Assembly: GCA_950097015.1 (NCBI GenBank)
Contig: CATNEN010000002.1
Span: 9,300,001 to 9,364,000, forward strand
DNA length: 64,000 nt
Source of the DNA: Macrostomum hystrix
Taxonomy: Eukaryota > Animalia > Platyhelminthes
Direction: 5' to 3'
Part shown: positions 36,321-48,100 of the stretch, piece after piece
How the letters are laid out: each line of letters starts with the position of its first letter
Position numbering within the stretch: the first letter of the stretch is position 1
Notes under the pieces: generated by a model
Database searches by the model: none
Told to the model about the DNA's origin: nothing
The model's input: only the letters and a program-made list of their open reading frames with translations
Position numbers and translations under genes: made by a program

Positions 36321-36984
36321 TCAGCCATAAAATCTCCTGAGGTTGGAAGCTGCTGTTAGACCGCTCTGCCGCTTGTAAGCCTTGCAAATACGCTTCAGAA
36401 CATTGTATTTGCATGGCTCAATGATTCGCGTACACGACGAGGCGTCCGTGGATCGATACGGCCCAGGAATATGAGGAAGAAGTTCGGCGAGCGTTCGCTG
36501 GGGAGCGTGTGCGTGTGGGACAAAGAAACAGCTGCCCCTGTGTTAGCAATCTCCCAGCGTTTCTCCCTCTCTCCCCATTCTGCCTCTGTTGTGCGCGCTG
36601 CTTGAATTTAAATACACTGGAAGCGAGAGGCAGAGCTTCGCTGCTGCTTTTCATGGGACTCCGGAGTCCACACAGAAACGGGCCTCTGGCCCGTGGAGCG
36701 TTTATCTCTCTGTTGCTGTGGCAGAAGGTAACAGGAAGACAAAACTTTCCTGTTATACCGCTCACTCCTCAGCCATAAAATCTCCTGAGGTTGGAAGCTG
36801 CTGATCTCGTCGATTCGTCGCTAGTAAAAAGTTCGTCCATGCCACTTAAGCGGGTAGTTTGTCAATAATTTCATGGCAGTGTGGTCGAGCTAGCAAGACT
36901 GAATGAGAGTAGATGCCATGGATTAAGAGAGAACTAAAATTTGAGGAGGGTAAGGGTTTTACGATCACCAAATGATGAATTAGA

Positions 36985-37120
36985 AAGTCCAGGCCAGATG
37001 TACCCACCAACATGCGTGTGTGCTCAGGAGTCAACGAAATGGGCAGAATCGCCTCTTCGCTGGCTGCGGATCACCAAATGATGTGCCAGTGCCCACAGCC
37101 CGCCTGCAAATATTATTTTT
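36985..37120 (+). mobile_element. 3' fragment of SINE family X
   Basis: caggagtcaacgaaatgggcagaatcgcctcttcgctggc...ccaaatgatgtgccagtgcccacagccc. Confidence 0.6.
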
Positions 37121-37567
37121 TTATTACTGCCTCATTGACTGACAGTGGACTCAAGCATTTCGAGGCAAAGGGTGAGCTCGGACTGACAATAGCGCTAAAT
37201 TATGCGATAGTTGTTTCCTTGAATACAAAAATGTTGCTGTTGACAGTGCAGTGAGCCTGTGGAATCCATTTCACCGCAGCATAATTGTCGGGAGCAATGT
37301 AACCTTTACCGCTTGCTGGTTCGACTGGCGCTGTCTCTAACTCGGAAACTGTCATGAGCTAGAAGTCACACAACGGATGCGCAACAGTTTCTCAAGCGCC
37401 GCTGTGCACGGATACTTCATCTGTCTGTTGCTTCCGCTGCTCAGTCAGACCAACAATTGGGGACGCTGCTGCAGGGCGTGACCTGGGATAAAGCCGTTTG
37501 ATTTAGGATTCTCGGTCTTTCTGTCTCGCGACCGAATCTGCAGGCGACACACGACTGTGCGGCCTCA

Positions 37568-39222
37568 ATGATTCTGCAGCTGCTAATTGTGGCATTGCCG
37601 TGTCTCACACCTGCCCATGCTGCCTCATCTGAGCGCCAGTGGCGATTGAGCCTCGAGAGCCTCGCCGACTACGAAGTGGCGGGGTCCTACTCGGCTCAGT
37701 CGAGGGTGCTCTGCACCGGAGCCGATAGCAGGGACCCCGCCGTGCAGCTGGTGGACTTCAACGCCAGCTTGGGCCGGTGCACGGAGTTCCGCTGCCAGCT
37801 AGGCCTCGGGCACTGCAGGAAGTGCCGCACTGTGGGAGACCGGCTTGTCTGGGTGAGCGGACTGCTGAGCATGATGACTTTGAGTCATCTTTACTTGAGC
37901 CGACTTTGAGCATATACCGACGCGCGTCAGATACCCGCCATTCCCCAGTTTGAGAGTTAAAAGAACGATAAGAAGGTTACGATGAACGATAAGAAGGTTA
38001 CGATGAACGATTAGAAGGTTACGATGAACGATAAGAAGGTTACGATGAACGATAAGAAGGTTACGATGAACGATAAGAAGGTTACGATGAACGATAAGAA
38101 GGTTACGATGAACGATAAGAAGGTTACGATGAACGATAAGAAGGTTACGATGAACGATAAGAAGGTTACGATGAACGATAAGAAGGTTACGATGAACGAT
38201 AAGAAGGTTACGATGAACGATAAGAAGGTTACGATGAACGATAAGAAGGTTACGATGAACGATAAGAAGGTTACGATGAACGATAAGAAGGTTACGATGA
38301 ACGATAAGAAGGTTACGATGAACGATAAGAAGGTTACGATGAACGATAAGAAGGTTACGATGACTTAAGTTGGTGATGAGTCTGAGTTAAGCTTCAATTA
38401 CTTTCAGCCCCTATTTAAAGATTTTATCAACAACTGCAACTTTCTATATTTTTCGATAAGTTGCCATGTGCTTTCTCTATTCGCGGTTGCGCCCTAAACT
38501 AATGAAATCTCGCTTAAGTTGCCGCTCTGCGAGTCAGCTCCCATAAAGTTAATTTTGCAACCCCCTCATTTTGCAGACTTATAACAATGACTGTTGGACC
38601 ACAGTGCAGCACAGTGTCTGGATCCGTGAGCTTCTACGTCGGCTGGAGCCAGTACCAGAATAAGTTCGGCGATGGACCAGATGGAAACTACTGGATAGGT
38701 CTGCTCGATACTGTGTCCTTGAATATGTATCCTATAATTAAATTGCGATCTAGTACTTCAAAACCATAAGAAACTTCGATTGACCTTCCGGCAAATTAGG
38801 CCTCAACAACCTGCACTCCCTGACGTCAAGCGGGCCGGGAAGGCAGCTGCTCTTCCTCATGCGGCTGTGGAATGGCACACAGAGCTGGGCGCACTACAAA
38901 AACTTCAGGGTTGGCCCGGAGAGCGACCTGTACCGCCTGAGTGTGAGCGGCTTCTCCGCCAGCGAGGGAGTCAGCGACTCGATGAGAGCGAACAATGGCT
39001 ACCAGTTTTCGACTATGGATAAAGACAATGATATCTCTCCGGGAAACTGTGCCAAAAGCTATGCAGGTGCCTGGTGGTTCGCAAATTGCTTCAAACACAT
39101 CCTAATGGAGTTTTCAAGAATTTCAGCAATGCACTCAGTGGACCCAAGGCCCATGGCCTTATCTGGAATTTGAACTACGGATACTTCTACTCGCTAAAAG
39201 AAATCGAGATGCTGATTTTATG
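37568..39222 (+). CDS. Secreted fibrinogen-related (FReD) protein with small N-terminal Cys module; two apparent frameshifts (~38610, ~39095)
   Basis: Signal peptide. [25 protein letters not shown]...NYWIG; GLNNLHSLT; [22 protein letters not shown]; FSTMDKDND....CA....GAWWF..C; then, after a shift, HPNG...LIW....[13 protein letters not shown]. Confidence 0.75.
37965..38363. repeat. 21-bp minisatellite (atgaacgataagaaggttacg) x ~19, intronic
   Basis: Almost perfect array. It is the source of the (MNDKKVT)n ORF. Confidence 0.97.
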
Positions 39223-39524
39223 AACTCGGTGCAGCAATAGCCCTGTTGACACAACTGAGAAAAATATGAGGAGATATCATATCTCGTTCCTGGTTTGCTA
39301 ATCAATAATCGAGATAAGAGAAGATTCGTTGTCGAATATATTGATATATTGATAGATTGTTACGAGCTAAGTCGTACTGACTGGAGGGGGTTGGCGATGT
39401 GATAAAAAAGAGAATGCGCCACTGAGGGCAAGAGAAAGAGACTGCAAGGTGATTGGCGAATCAATCAGAAGGCGGTGTTAAATTAAAATTAAAATATGAA
39501 TAGCTTGTAAAATTTTCACGACTG

Positions 39525-39855
39525 TGGGTACTGGCACATCATTTGGTGACAGCAGACCGCAGCCAGCGAGGATGCAAATCTGCTCATTTCGCTGACTTTT
39601 GAGCACACTCGCAAACAGATACCGTACACAGGCGCACACTCACACAGGTGTGTACATCTGCCCTGACTTTCTCATCGTCCGGCAGCGTTCACCTCTCACT
39701 GGAGGCTGGCCTTCAAGAGCGTAAATTGCACGACATGCCTCCAAGCCTTCTCTCCGCGGCTGCGCCCTAAATGAATGTGGCCTCGCCACGGAATCGAGCT
39801 CAGGGACCTTGGTGCCAGAGACAAACGCGTGGGCCGCCCTGCCACTCACCCTCCC
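39525..39855 (-). mobile_element. SINE family X copy
   Basis: Reverse complement of the family from head to tail. Confidence 0.75.
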
Positions 39856-39919
39856 CTGCGTCCTTCTTCTTGCGCAGTATTTGCACATTTAGAAAACCAG
39901 CTCTGAAGGCTCCACTCAC

Positions 39920-41002
39920 CCATGTTGACATCCTCCGAGGTCACCGGTCCGCAGTTCCCAGCCCCGGCCGCCAGTCTTTGAACAGCGCCGCGCGAGAGCA
40001 CGTAGCCCGCACCGCCGGACATGTAGCGCTGCCACCAGTGCCGCCGCTGCGTGCCAAGGCGCACTCGCAGGGCGCGTCCCGTCCACCAGGCCGAGTCTGC
40101 CGTGGGCCGGCCTGGACTCTGCAGGAAGCGACGTAGATTGGCCAGAATCACGAAGGTGTCATCGTCGGCTTTGAGAAAATAATCAAAGTTCGCCAACAGG
40201 TGGGCGTTGGCGAATTGAAAGGCCAGTCGCACCTTCTGCCACAGGTGATCGCGGCCTTCGGGAGCTGCCACTTCTGAGTGTGGACGAAAGAGTTGAAATT
40301 TTGCTTTGGAGAGCTTTGCATTTCTGAGCGAGAGGTCGGGAGTTCGAAGCTGAGCCTATGGGAAACAGTTTGTCTTTGAGCAAGACATCTAATTTAAAAG
40401 TGCTTCAATTAACTTTGCTGAGCAGTAGGTGCCAGTATAAGCTAGTGCTAGAAATTTAGGTGGATGAGACTGCCGTCAGTGCAATCACAACTGGGTGCAA
40501 TTTGTACCAGTGTCCCGCGTGTAGCATCTTTGAACTTGGGGTGCCCTCGCAAAATCACCTCTAATAGTAAGCCTATGACGCTGTTGCTATTTTTAGCTCT
40601 CGCTTGTTTGCATGACTCAGTTTCTATTTTTAGAACTTTTGCGACTTTTGCGACTCGTCCTTGGGGACCCTCTGCTAGCCCCCTTCTCCTTCAGCACAGC
40701 ACACAGGACCACTGACCCAGCAGCGGCAGGAAGCTGCGGCTTCTGACTGTCACGCTGGTGGGCTCCGAGCCACTGACAACAAAGAGCCAGCCGTCGCATC
40801 GCTGAGCCCAGGTCTGGTTGACGGCCGCAGCTCGGCTGTCGAGTTGCTCCAAAGCTGCCAAGATCAGACAGAAAATCTTCGGCCGCGGTGGCAGGTCTGG
40901 AGCTGGGCGCAGCCGCTTACGTAGCAGGAACAGCAGGCCGGAACAGGCGACTGTACACCCAGCCAGCAGCAGCAGCAGCAGTGGTAGTTTCCGATGCCGC
41001 AT
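39920..41002 (-). CDS. C1GALT1: Core-1 beta-1,3-galactosyltransferase-like (GT31) protein; exons 41002-40717 and 40273-39920, 3' exons not found
   Basis: Type II TM anchor. KIFCLIL...AAAVNQTWAQRCD; LWQKVRLAF; FDYFLKADDDTFVILANLR; YMSGGAGYVLSRGA; EDVNMG. Confidence 0.8.
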
Positions 41003-41369
41003 GTCATTAAGCAGACAAAAACTTGCTTAGAAGTGGTTCTGCTCTTGTCTAATGTCCAATCTTACGGGTGAAATCGTATTTTTATTTTTCTACTTAAATC
41101 GAACTGCAGTGGGACCGCCGCGTGTTTATTCGGAGCTCAGAGACAAGTTGACAGGACAGTCTCGGGTTACCCGGATCTGCTTAGCAGAAAGTGGACCAGT
41201 TCAAGCAACAGCTGCAATCGGTGAGTCTTCTGCTGCTAGGGCGAAATCAAGAGTGAATCAACACTGCTTGGATTGAAGTATAATGCGTGAAGGCCTCAAC
41301 TCAGATAATTTACCTGATTACCTACTCAAAAACACTCAGTTGTATTTATGGCAGTGAGATGAGGTCCAT

Positions 41370-41545
41370 TGTGATAGGTGCTTTGATGAGTGCATTGTGA
41401 CTGGTGCTATGATGATTCCATTGTGATAGGTGCTTTGATGATTGCATTGTGACTGGTGCAATGATGAGTTCATTGTGACTGGTGCAATGATGAGTTCATT
41501 GTGACTGTTGCAATGTTGAGTCCATTGTGCCTGGTGCTATGATGT
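41370..41545. repeat. Degenerate ~26-bp tandem repeat (tgatgagttcattgtgactggtgcaa) x ~7
   Basis: Directly visible. Confidence 0.85.
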
Positions 41546-42189
41546 ATCCCCGGTACTGTAAAGTGATCCCAAGCTATTGATATTTGATAATAACTCAAAA
41601 TAGCAGAAGACGCAGATATCCGCACTGATTTAAACTGGCAATTCCCCTCCAGTGCAGCTGCAAATCTGATTGATCTGTAGAGTCAAGTGCTCAGCTGCTT
41701 ATATACTTACTAATCCGCCTGACTCAGAATCTGATGTACGGTAGAGAAAAGCTTGGAAAATCAGAGCACGAAAATGCGTGCGCAGATCGATTCGAAGTGA
41801 GCAGCTACGGTGACAAAAGTGCACCTGCCACCACTCAGGAAAGGGGGCAAAAAGGTAACTTAAAAAAATAATGTTGAGCACAAAAAAAGAATTTAAAAGA
41901 AATCTCTATTGCAGAGCTGGGGTGTGAGCACAGATCGAGGAGAAGTTGAGCAGTTGAGTTTTAAATCAGTAATAATTACACAGGAAATGCTGAATCAAGG
42001 GAAGCAAAGCAGGCAATTGTACACACAAATGCTTTTCTAATAGATTAACCAGATTCAAAACGGATGCTTTGAGGCTGTGGCCGAATGATATGAAATTGAT
42101 CCGTTTATGCCTAAAATAGCCTTGCAGAATTCAGTTGAATGATTCAGAAGGCCAGAGCAGCCGTGGAGCATTGCTTGTCAGCAAAATTA

Positions 42190-45100
42190 TCACTGAAAAT
42201 CATCTCGCAGGCTCGCCAGCACAGCCGCCGTAGCTGCCGCCGCGGCTTCCGACTGCCACTGGCGCTGCCGACGGCGATGCTGCTGCAGCTGCTGCTGCTG
42301 CGTGGGAGAAGCGCTGGCGGCTTCGGCCTGCTGACCCATCGGCAGAAGAGCGCGCCGCTCAGCGCCCTGGCGCGGGGTCCGCCGGCCGCCTCCACCGACA
42401 CCGGCGCCCGCCTGCCTGGGCGTGTGGAATGCCGCGCCGCTCTTCAGCGCCTCCAGCAGGTTGGCCACCAGGCCGGCGCTGTCCGCAGCCGCAGCCGCTG
42501 TCCTGCCGTTCTCCTTGCCAGCCGCCGGCTGCTGCCTGCCGGTGCGCCGAGCCGCCGCGGAGCTGGAGGAGGAGGCGGCGGCGGCTGCGACGGTAGTCGC
42601 GCGATTCCGGCGCTGCTCCTCGGCCGCCGCTGCCGCCTCGAAGGCGTCGCGGAAGCTGCGCAGGTCAGTCAGCAGCTGCTCCGGCCGATACTTGACCGGG
42701 TCAAGCGCCAGGTAGTCGGCGGGTGGCCAGGAACTCTTCGCGCAGCTGGCGCCGGGACGCCTCCAGTGAGTCCAGGGCGGACTGGGCGTACTTGTGAAAC
42801 GGCTCCATGCTTGACTGCGCGTGTGGAGGGGGTGGCTTTGAGAACACCTACTCAGCCAGACTGCAAGCACAAAGTACTAAAAAGCTCAATTTTTATTCAC
42901 CTTGAAGTTGTCAGCGGGTCCGGCAGGTCGGAAGGCGGTCAAACGCCTCGCCCAGCAGCTGGCAGCGATCCCGCAGCTCCTTGACGGCGTCTTCCACGGC
43001 CTCCTCGGTGATTCGGGCCGCCGAGTCCAGCCGGCGCAGCTCGTCCGGCAGGTTGAGTGCGTCCGGCCACTTGCGCCACAGCTGCTCGGCCAGCACGGAC
43101 AGTAGGCTGCGGCCGCCACCGTCGCCACCGACGACTCCGGAGGAGTCGCGCACGCTGGCCAGCTGAGGCAGGCAGGAGACGTGGAAGGCGAAGCAGCTGC
43201 CGAGAGTGCGGGAGCCAGAGTTCAAGATGTTGCCGAGCGCCAGGGCGCCTAGTAGCACCTGCGGCGGAAGGATCAGCATGAGCTTAGAAGTACAACTGAG
43301 CACAATCAGCAAAAATTTAGCACATATTGAGCACACACTGAGCACATATTGAGCACACATTGAGCACAGTCTGAGCACACACTGAGCACATATTGAGCGC
43401 ACATTGAGCTCAGACTGAGCACAGACTGAGCACACACTGAGCACACATTAAGCATACACTGACTCACTGAGACTCACTGAGCACACACTGAGCACACATT
43501 GAGCACACACTGAGCACATATTGAGCACACATTGAGCACATATTGAGCACATATTGAGCACAGACTGAGCACAAACTGAGCACATATTGAGCACACATTG
43601 AGCACATATTGAGCACATATTGAGCACAGACTGAGCACAAACTGAGCACATATTGAGCACACATTGAGCACACATCTAGCAACTCGGCGCACCTGCCGCA
43701 GCCGCTGGCTGGTCCGCACAGTTCGCAGGCAGTCGATGGCAGCCGCCAGTCCGGGCCGCAGATCCGCCAGCAGGTCGGGCAGTTGCATTTTGAACAGCAG
43801 GCAAGCGACGCGTTGCCTAGCAACCTTGGGCGGGCCGGGTAGCCCGGCGCCCAGTCGGCAGAGGAACTGCTCCGCCTCGGACAGCTCGGACAGGCTGGCC
43901 GACAGGCTGGCTAGGCTGCGCATATCAGCGTCCTCTGGGATGGACCTGCGGGGTGCGGGCGATGACCGTTGGGGTAGTGTGGCTTGTATGGCTGACTTAT
44001 CCAGAAATATCCCATATGGCAGTAAAAAATCATAATCATTCACTCAGCATTCTCAGGAATGATTGAGGACAATTATCACAAAATCTGGGATTTACTGAAT
44101 TGAAATAGGAGATCTGGGATGCAGGGTACTCATCTTTGGATCTAGGATGCAGGGTACTCAACTTTGGATCTAGGGTGCAGGGTACTCAACTTTGGATCTA
44201 GGGTGCAGGGTACTCAACTTTGGATCTAGGATGCAGGGTACTCAACTTTGGATCTAGGGTGCAGGGTATTCAACTTTGGATCTAGGATGCAGGGTACTCA
44301 ACTTGGGGATCTGGGATGCAGGGTACTCAACTTGGGGATCTGGGATGCAGGGTATTCATCTTTGGATCTGGGATGCAGGGTACTCAACTTTGGATCTAGG
44401 ATGCAGGGTACTCAACTTTGGGATCTGGGATGCAGGGTACTCAACTTGGGGATCTGGGATGCAGGGTACTCAACTTTGGGATCTGGGATGCAGGGTACTC
44501 AACTTGGGGATCTGGGATGCAGGGTACTCAACTTGGGGATCTGGGATGCAGCGTACTCAACTTGGGGATCTGGGATGCAGCGTACTCAACTTGGGGATCT
44601 GGGATGCAGGGTACTCAACTTGGGGATCTGGGATGCAGGGTACTCAACTTGGGGATCTGGGATGCAGCGTACTCAACTTGGGGATCTGGGATGCAGCGTA
44701 CTCAACTTGGGGATCTGGGATCCAGGCTACTCAACTTGGGGATCTGAGATTCAGGTTGCTCACCTGAACAGCAGCTCCAGGAAGCTGACAGGCAGCCGCT
44801 GCTCGTCGCACTCAATGAGCCGCCTGGCGGCCTCCTCCGGGTTGAGTCGCAGCGAGGCCAGCGCGATGCCCAGATTTTCGGCGGCCTTCGGCGGCAGCAC
44901 GCGGCAGGCTCGCCGCCCGCTGGTAGCTCCGGAACCGCCTTGATCGATTTCGGATGCTGAGCCGCGACGCGAGCCGGGCTGGAAGGCGGCGCCAGCCCCA
45001 GTCGCCTTTGTGGAAAACAGCTGGCTGACGCGGGCCACCAGCTGGGGTCACAGAACTCGGCCTCCTGATTTCCCATCAGCACCTGAAAATTTCAGAGAGT

Positions 45101-48100
45101 AAACAGCGGGAGCAGCTATGACTTAAAAACCAATAGAAGAATGACTCGTCATCTACTAGGCCAATGGTGGCGCACCCAAAGGGAGTCTCGCTTCAGCTGG
45201 ATTGGCGGCACGGGCTGCCAGTTCAGCCGCTTTGTCGGATTGGCCAGCCGGTGCTCCGGCTTCGGCTTCAAGCCGTGAGGCGGTGGCGGCGGCGGCGGCA
45301 GTGGACAGGCGAAACCCGGGGCCGGCGGCGGAGGCGGTGGCGGCGGTGGCGGAGGCGGCGGCGGCGGTGGTGGCGGAGGCGGAGGCGGAGGTGGAGGCGC
45401 GCCAGCTGATGAAGCTAAAAAAATAATAATTAAATGAATTTCTGTCGTATTCTACTTACTTACAGTAGCCAGCCGCAGGTGTTAATGGTATTTAGTCCTA
45501 ATATTTCTAATAACCACTGCCTACTTCACGATAGCTACCAAACGAAATGGCAGATAGGAGACAAGAAAAAAATTGGTATTTGAAATACCCACCTGGTCTT
45601 TGTACTGTTAAGGGGGTTCAGGTTTTGTTCTGCCTGCTGCCCCAGCCACTCACAAGCTGACGGCCCCGCGCCGGGACCCGCCTGCTGCCCCAGCCACTCA
45701 CAAGCTGACGGCCCCGCGCCGGGACCCGCCTGCTGCCCCAGCCACTCACAAGCTGACGGCCCCGCGCCGGGACCCGCCTGCTGCCCCAGCCACTCACAAG
45801 CTGACGGCCCCGCGCCGGGACCCGCCTGCTGCCCCAGCCGCAGCTGCGCCTCGCCAAGACGCCGATTGGCTTCGGCCAGCTGAGCCTCCAGCGCGGTTGC
45901 CCGCTGCCGCAGCGCCTCGGCGGCCGCGCGCCTCTCGCACGTCGTCAACGCGCAGCTGCTCCTCTAGCAGCACTTTGAGTCGCTCCCCGCTCCCTGGGTC
46001 TCCATGGTAACCATGTCCTTTTTGACCGCCTCGAAGTCGAAGTAGACTCGGAGATCCCTGGAGCGGAAATCAGGGTAGGTGCCGTCCCTGGTGAGCACGA
46101 GCTGTGAGACCAGCTCCTCCAGTAGCTTGAAGTACTCCTTGTGCTGCCTCGTCCACCGGCACGAACAGCAGGTGCAGCAGGATGCTGCGGAAGTACCACT
46201 CGGCCTCCGTGCCCTGCACCGTGCGGAGCAGCAGCTCGAACAGGCGGCCCGGCTCGCTGAACTCCGCGTAGTCGGCGGCAGCGGCCTCAAAGCGATCGCT
46301 GATCTCCAGGGTGTCCTGGTCTGCCTGCTCCTGGAAGCAGGCGGTGGGGGGGCGCAGGTGCGGGGTTTTGGAGGCCTGCGCTTGCAAATAGGGATGTCAG
46401 AGACAATGGGATCTGAGTAGGGAGGTATGGGATAGATTGGGATGTGAGAATATGGGATAAACTAGGATCTGAGAATATGGGATACACTGGGATCTGAGCA
46501 TATGGGATAAACTGGGAGATGAGAATATGGGATAAACTAGGATCTGAGAATATGGGATAGACTGGGATCTGAGAAGCTGATTTCAGAGAAGCTATAACTT
46601 GATTAGGAAAGGTAAGGGATATCTGGGATCTAAATAGGGGGATATCGTGAGGCCCATTTCCAAGGCTTCAGTTACCTGGAAGACCTCGAATTGAGTCCTG
46701 CACTGGCGGTCCGGCGCATCTCGCGTGAGGCGGCCCAGCAGCTGCCAGCGGGCGCGAAGGCCACCGAAGCCCCAGAGCTCTGTGCGCACCGCCATGCGAT
46801 GGTGGACGCCCTCGCAGGTGTCCAGCAGGGTGTTGACAAACAGCAGGCAGTCGCGCAGTAGGTCGTAGGCTCGCAGCCGGATCTCCGTGCCCACATCCGG
46901 CCGGCTGAGAAGGGCGCAGGCCTTGTCCAGTGTGTTGCGGATCTGAAAGAAGCGACCGCCGCCGGATCCGAAGGCGCTGGCAGCGCTCGAACTGCCGACG
47001 ACTCCGCCGACGACGCTGGCGGCACCCGAGGAGCCTTCGGAAGCGATGAAGCCGCGAGAGGTGCTGAAGGCACGCAGGACAATCGTGTTGGCGTTCTCCA
47101 CCTGGACAGGAAGAAGGTTCGGGATAACATTCGGTCAGGTGTGAGGATGTGGGATGATTGTTGGTCAGGTGTGAGTATCTTGGATGATTGTTGGTCAGGT
47201 GTGAGGATCTGGGATGATTGTTGGTAAGGTGTGAGTATCTGGGATGATTGTTGGTCAGGTGTGAGGATGTGGGATGATTATTGGTCAGGTGTGAGTATCT
47301 GGGATGATTATTGGTCAGGTGTGAGGAACTGGATAATTTTTGGTCAGGTGTGAGGATTTTGGGATGATTGTTGGTCAGGTGTGAGTATCTGGGATGATTG
47401 TTGGTCAGGTGTGAGGAACTGGATAATTGTTGGTCAGGTGTGAGGATCTGGGATGATTGTTGGTCAGGTGTGAGTATCTGGGATGATTGTTGGTCAGGTG
47501 TGAGGAACTGGATAATTGTTGGTCAGGTGTGAGGATCTGGGATGATTGTTGGTCAGGTGTGAGTATCTGGGATGATTGATGGTCAGGTGTGAGTATCTGG
47601 GATGATTGATGGTCAGGGTGTGAGTATCTGGGATGATTGATGGTCAGGTGTGAGGATCTGGGATGATTGTTGGTCAGGTGTGAGTATCTGGGATGATTGA
47701 TGGTCAGGTGTGAGGATCTGGGATGATTGTTGGTCAGGTGTGGGGATCTGGGATGATTATTGGTCAGCCATAACTTTTGAACCAACCTGAGCCTTGGCCA
47801 GCTCCTCGTGCTCGCTCTTGTAGAAGAAGAGAAAGGAGGACAGCAGCTCGAAGATGCAGCTGGCCAGCTGGTACTCGCTAGGCGGCAGGAAAGGCACAAT
47901 GCCCAGCGACTCCACAATGGTGGAACACGGTCCGGGGCTCGTGCTGCAGCAGGTGAGTCATGCCGCACCTGTTGTCGCAGAACTTCCGCAGGCTCAGCAG
48001 GGTGTTGAGGCAGGCCTTGCGCCAATGCCCGGCCTGGCGTGGTGGGTTGAGTCGATCAGGGATTAGAGAACATTTGTGGCTGAGCAGGTATACAATTTTG

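Noticed and set aside
38024-38368. (MNDKKVT)n ORF and similar ORFs at 8373-8894, 16961-17469, 18532-19482, 43448-43823, 44248-44943, 48149-48686
   Set aside because: Translations of intronic minisatellites that lie between identifiable splice sites.
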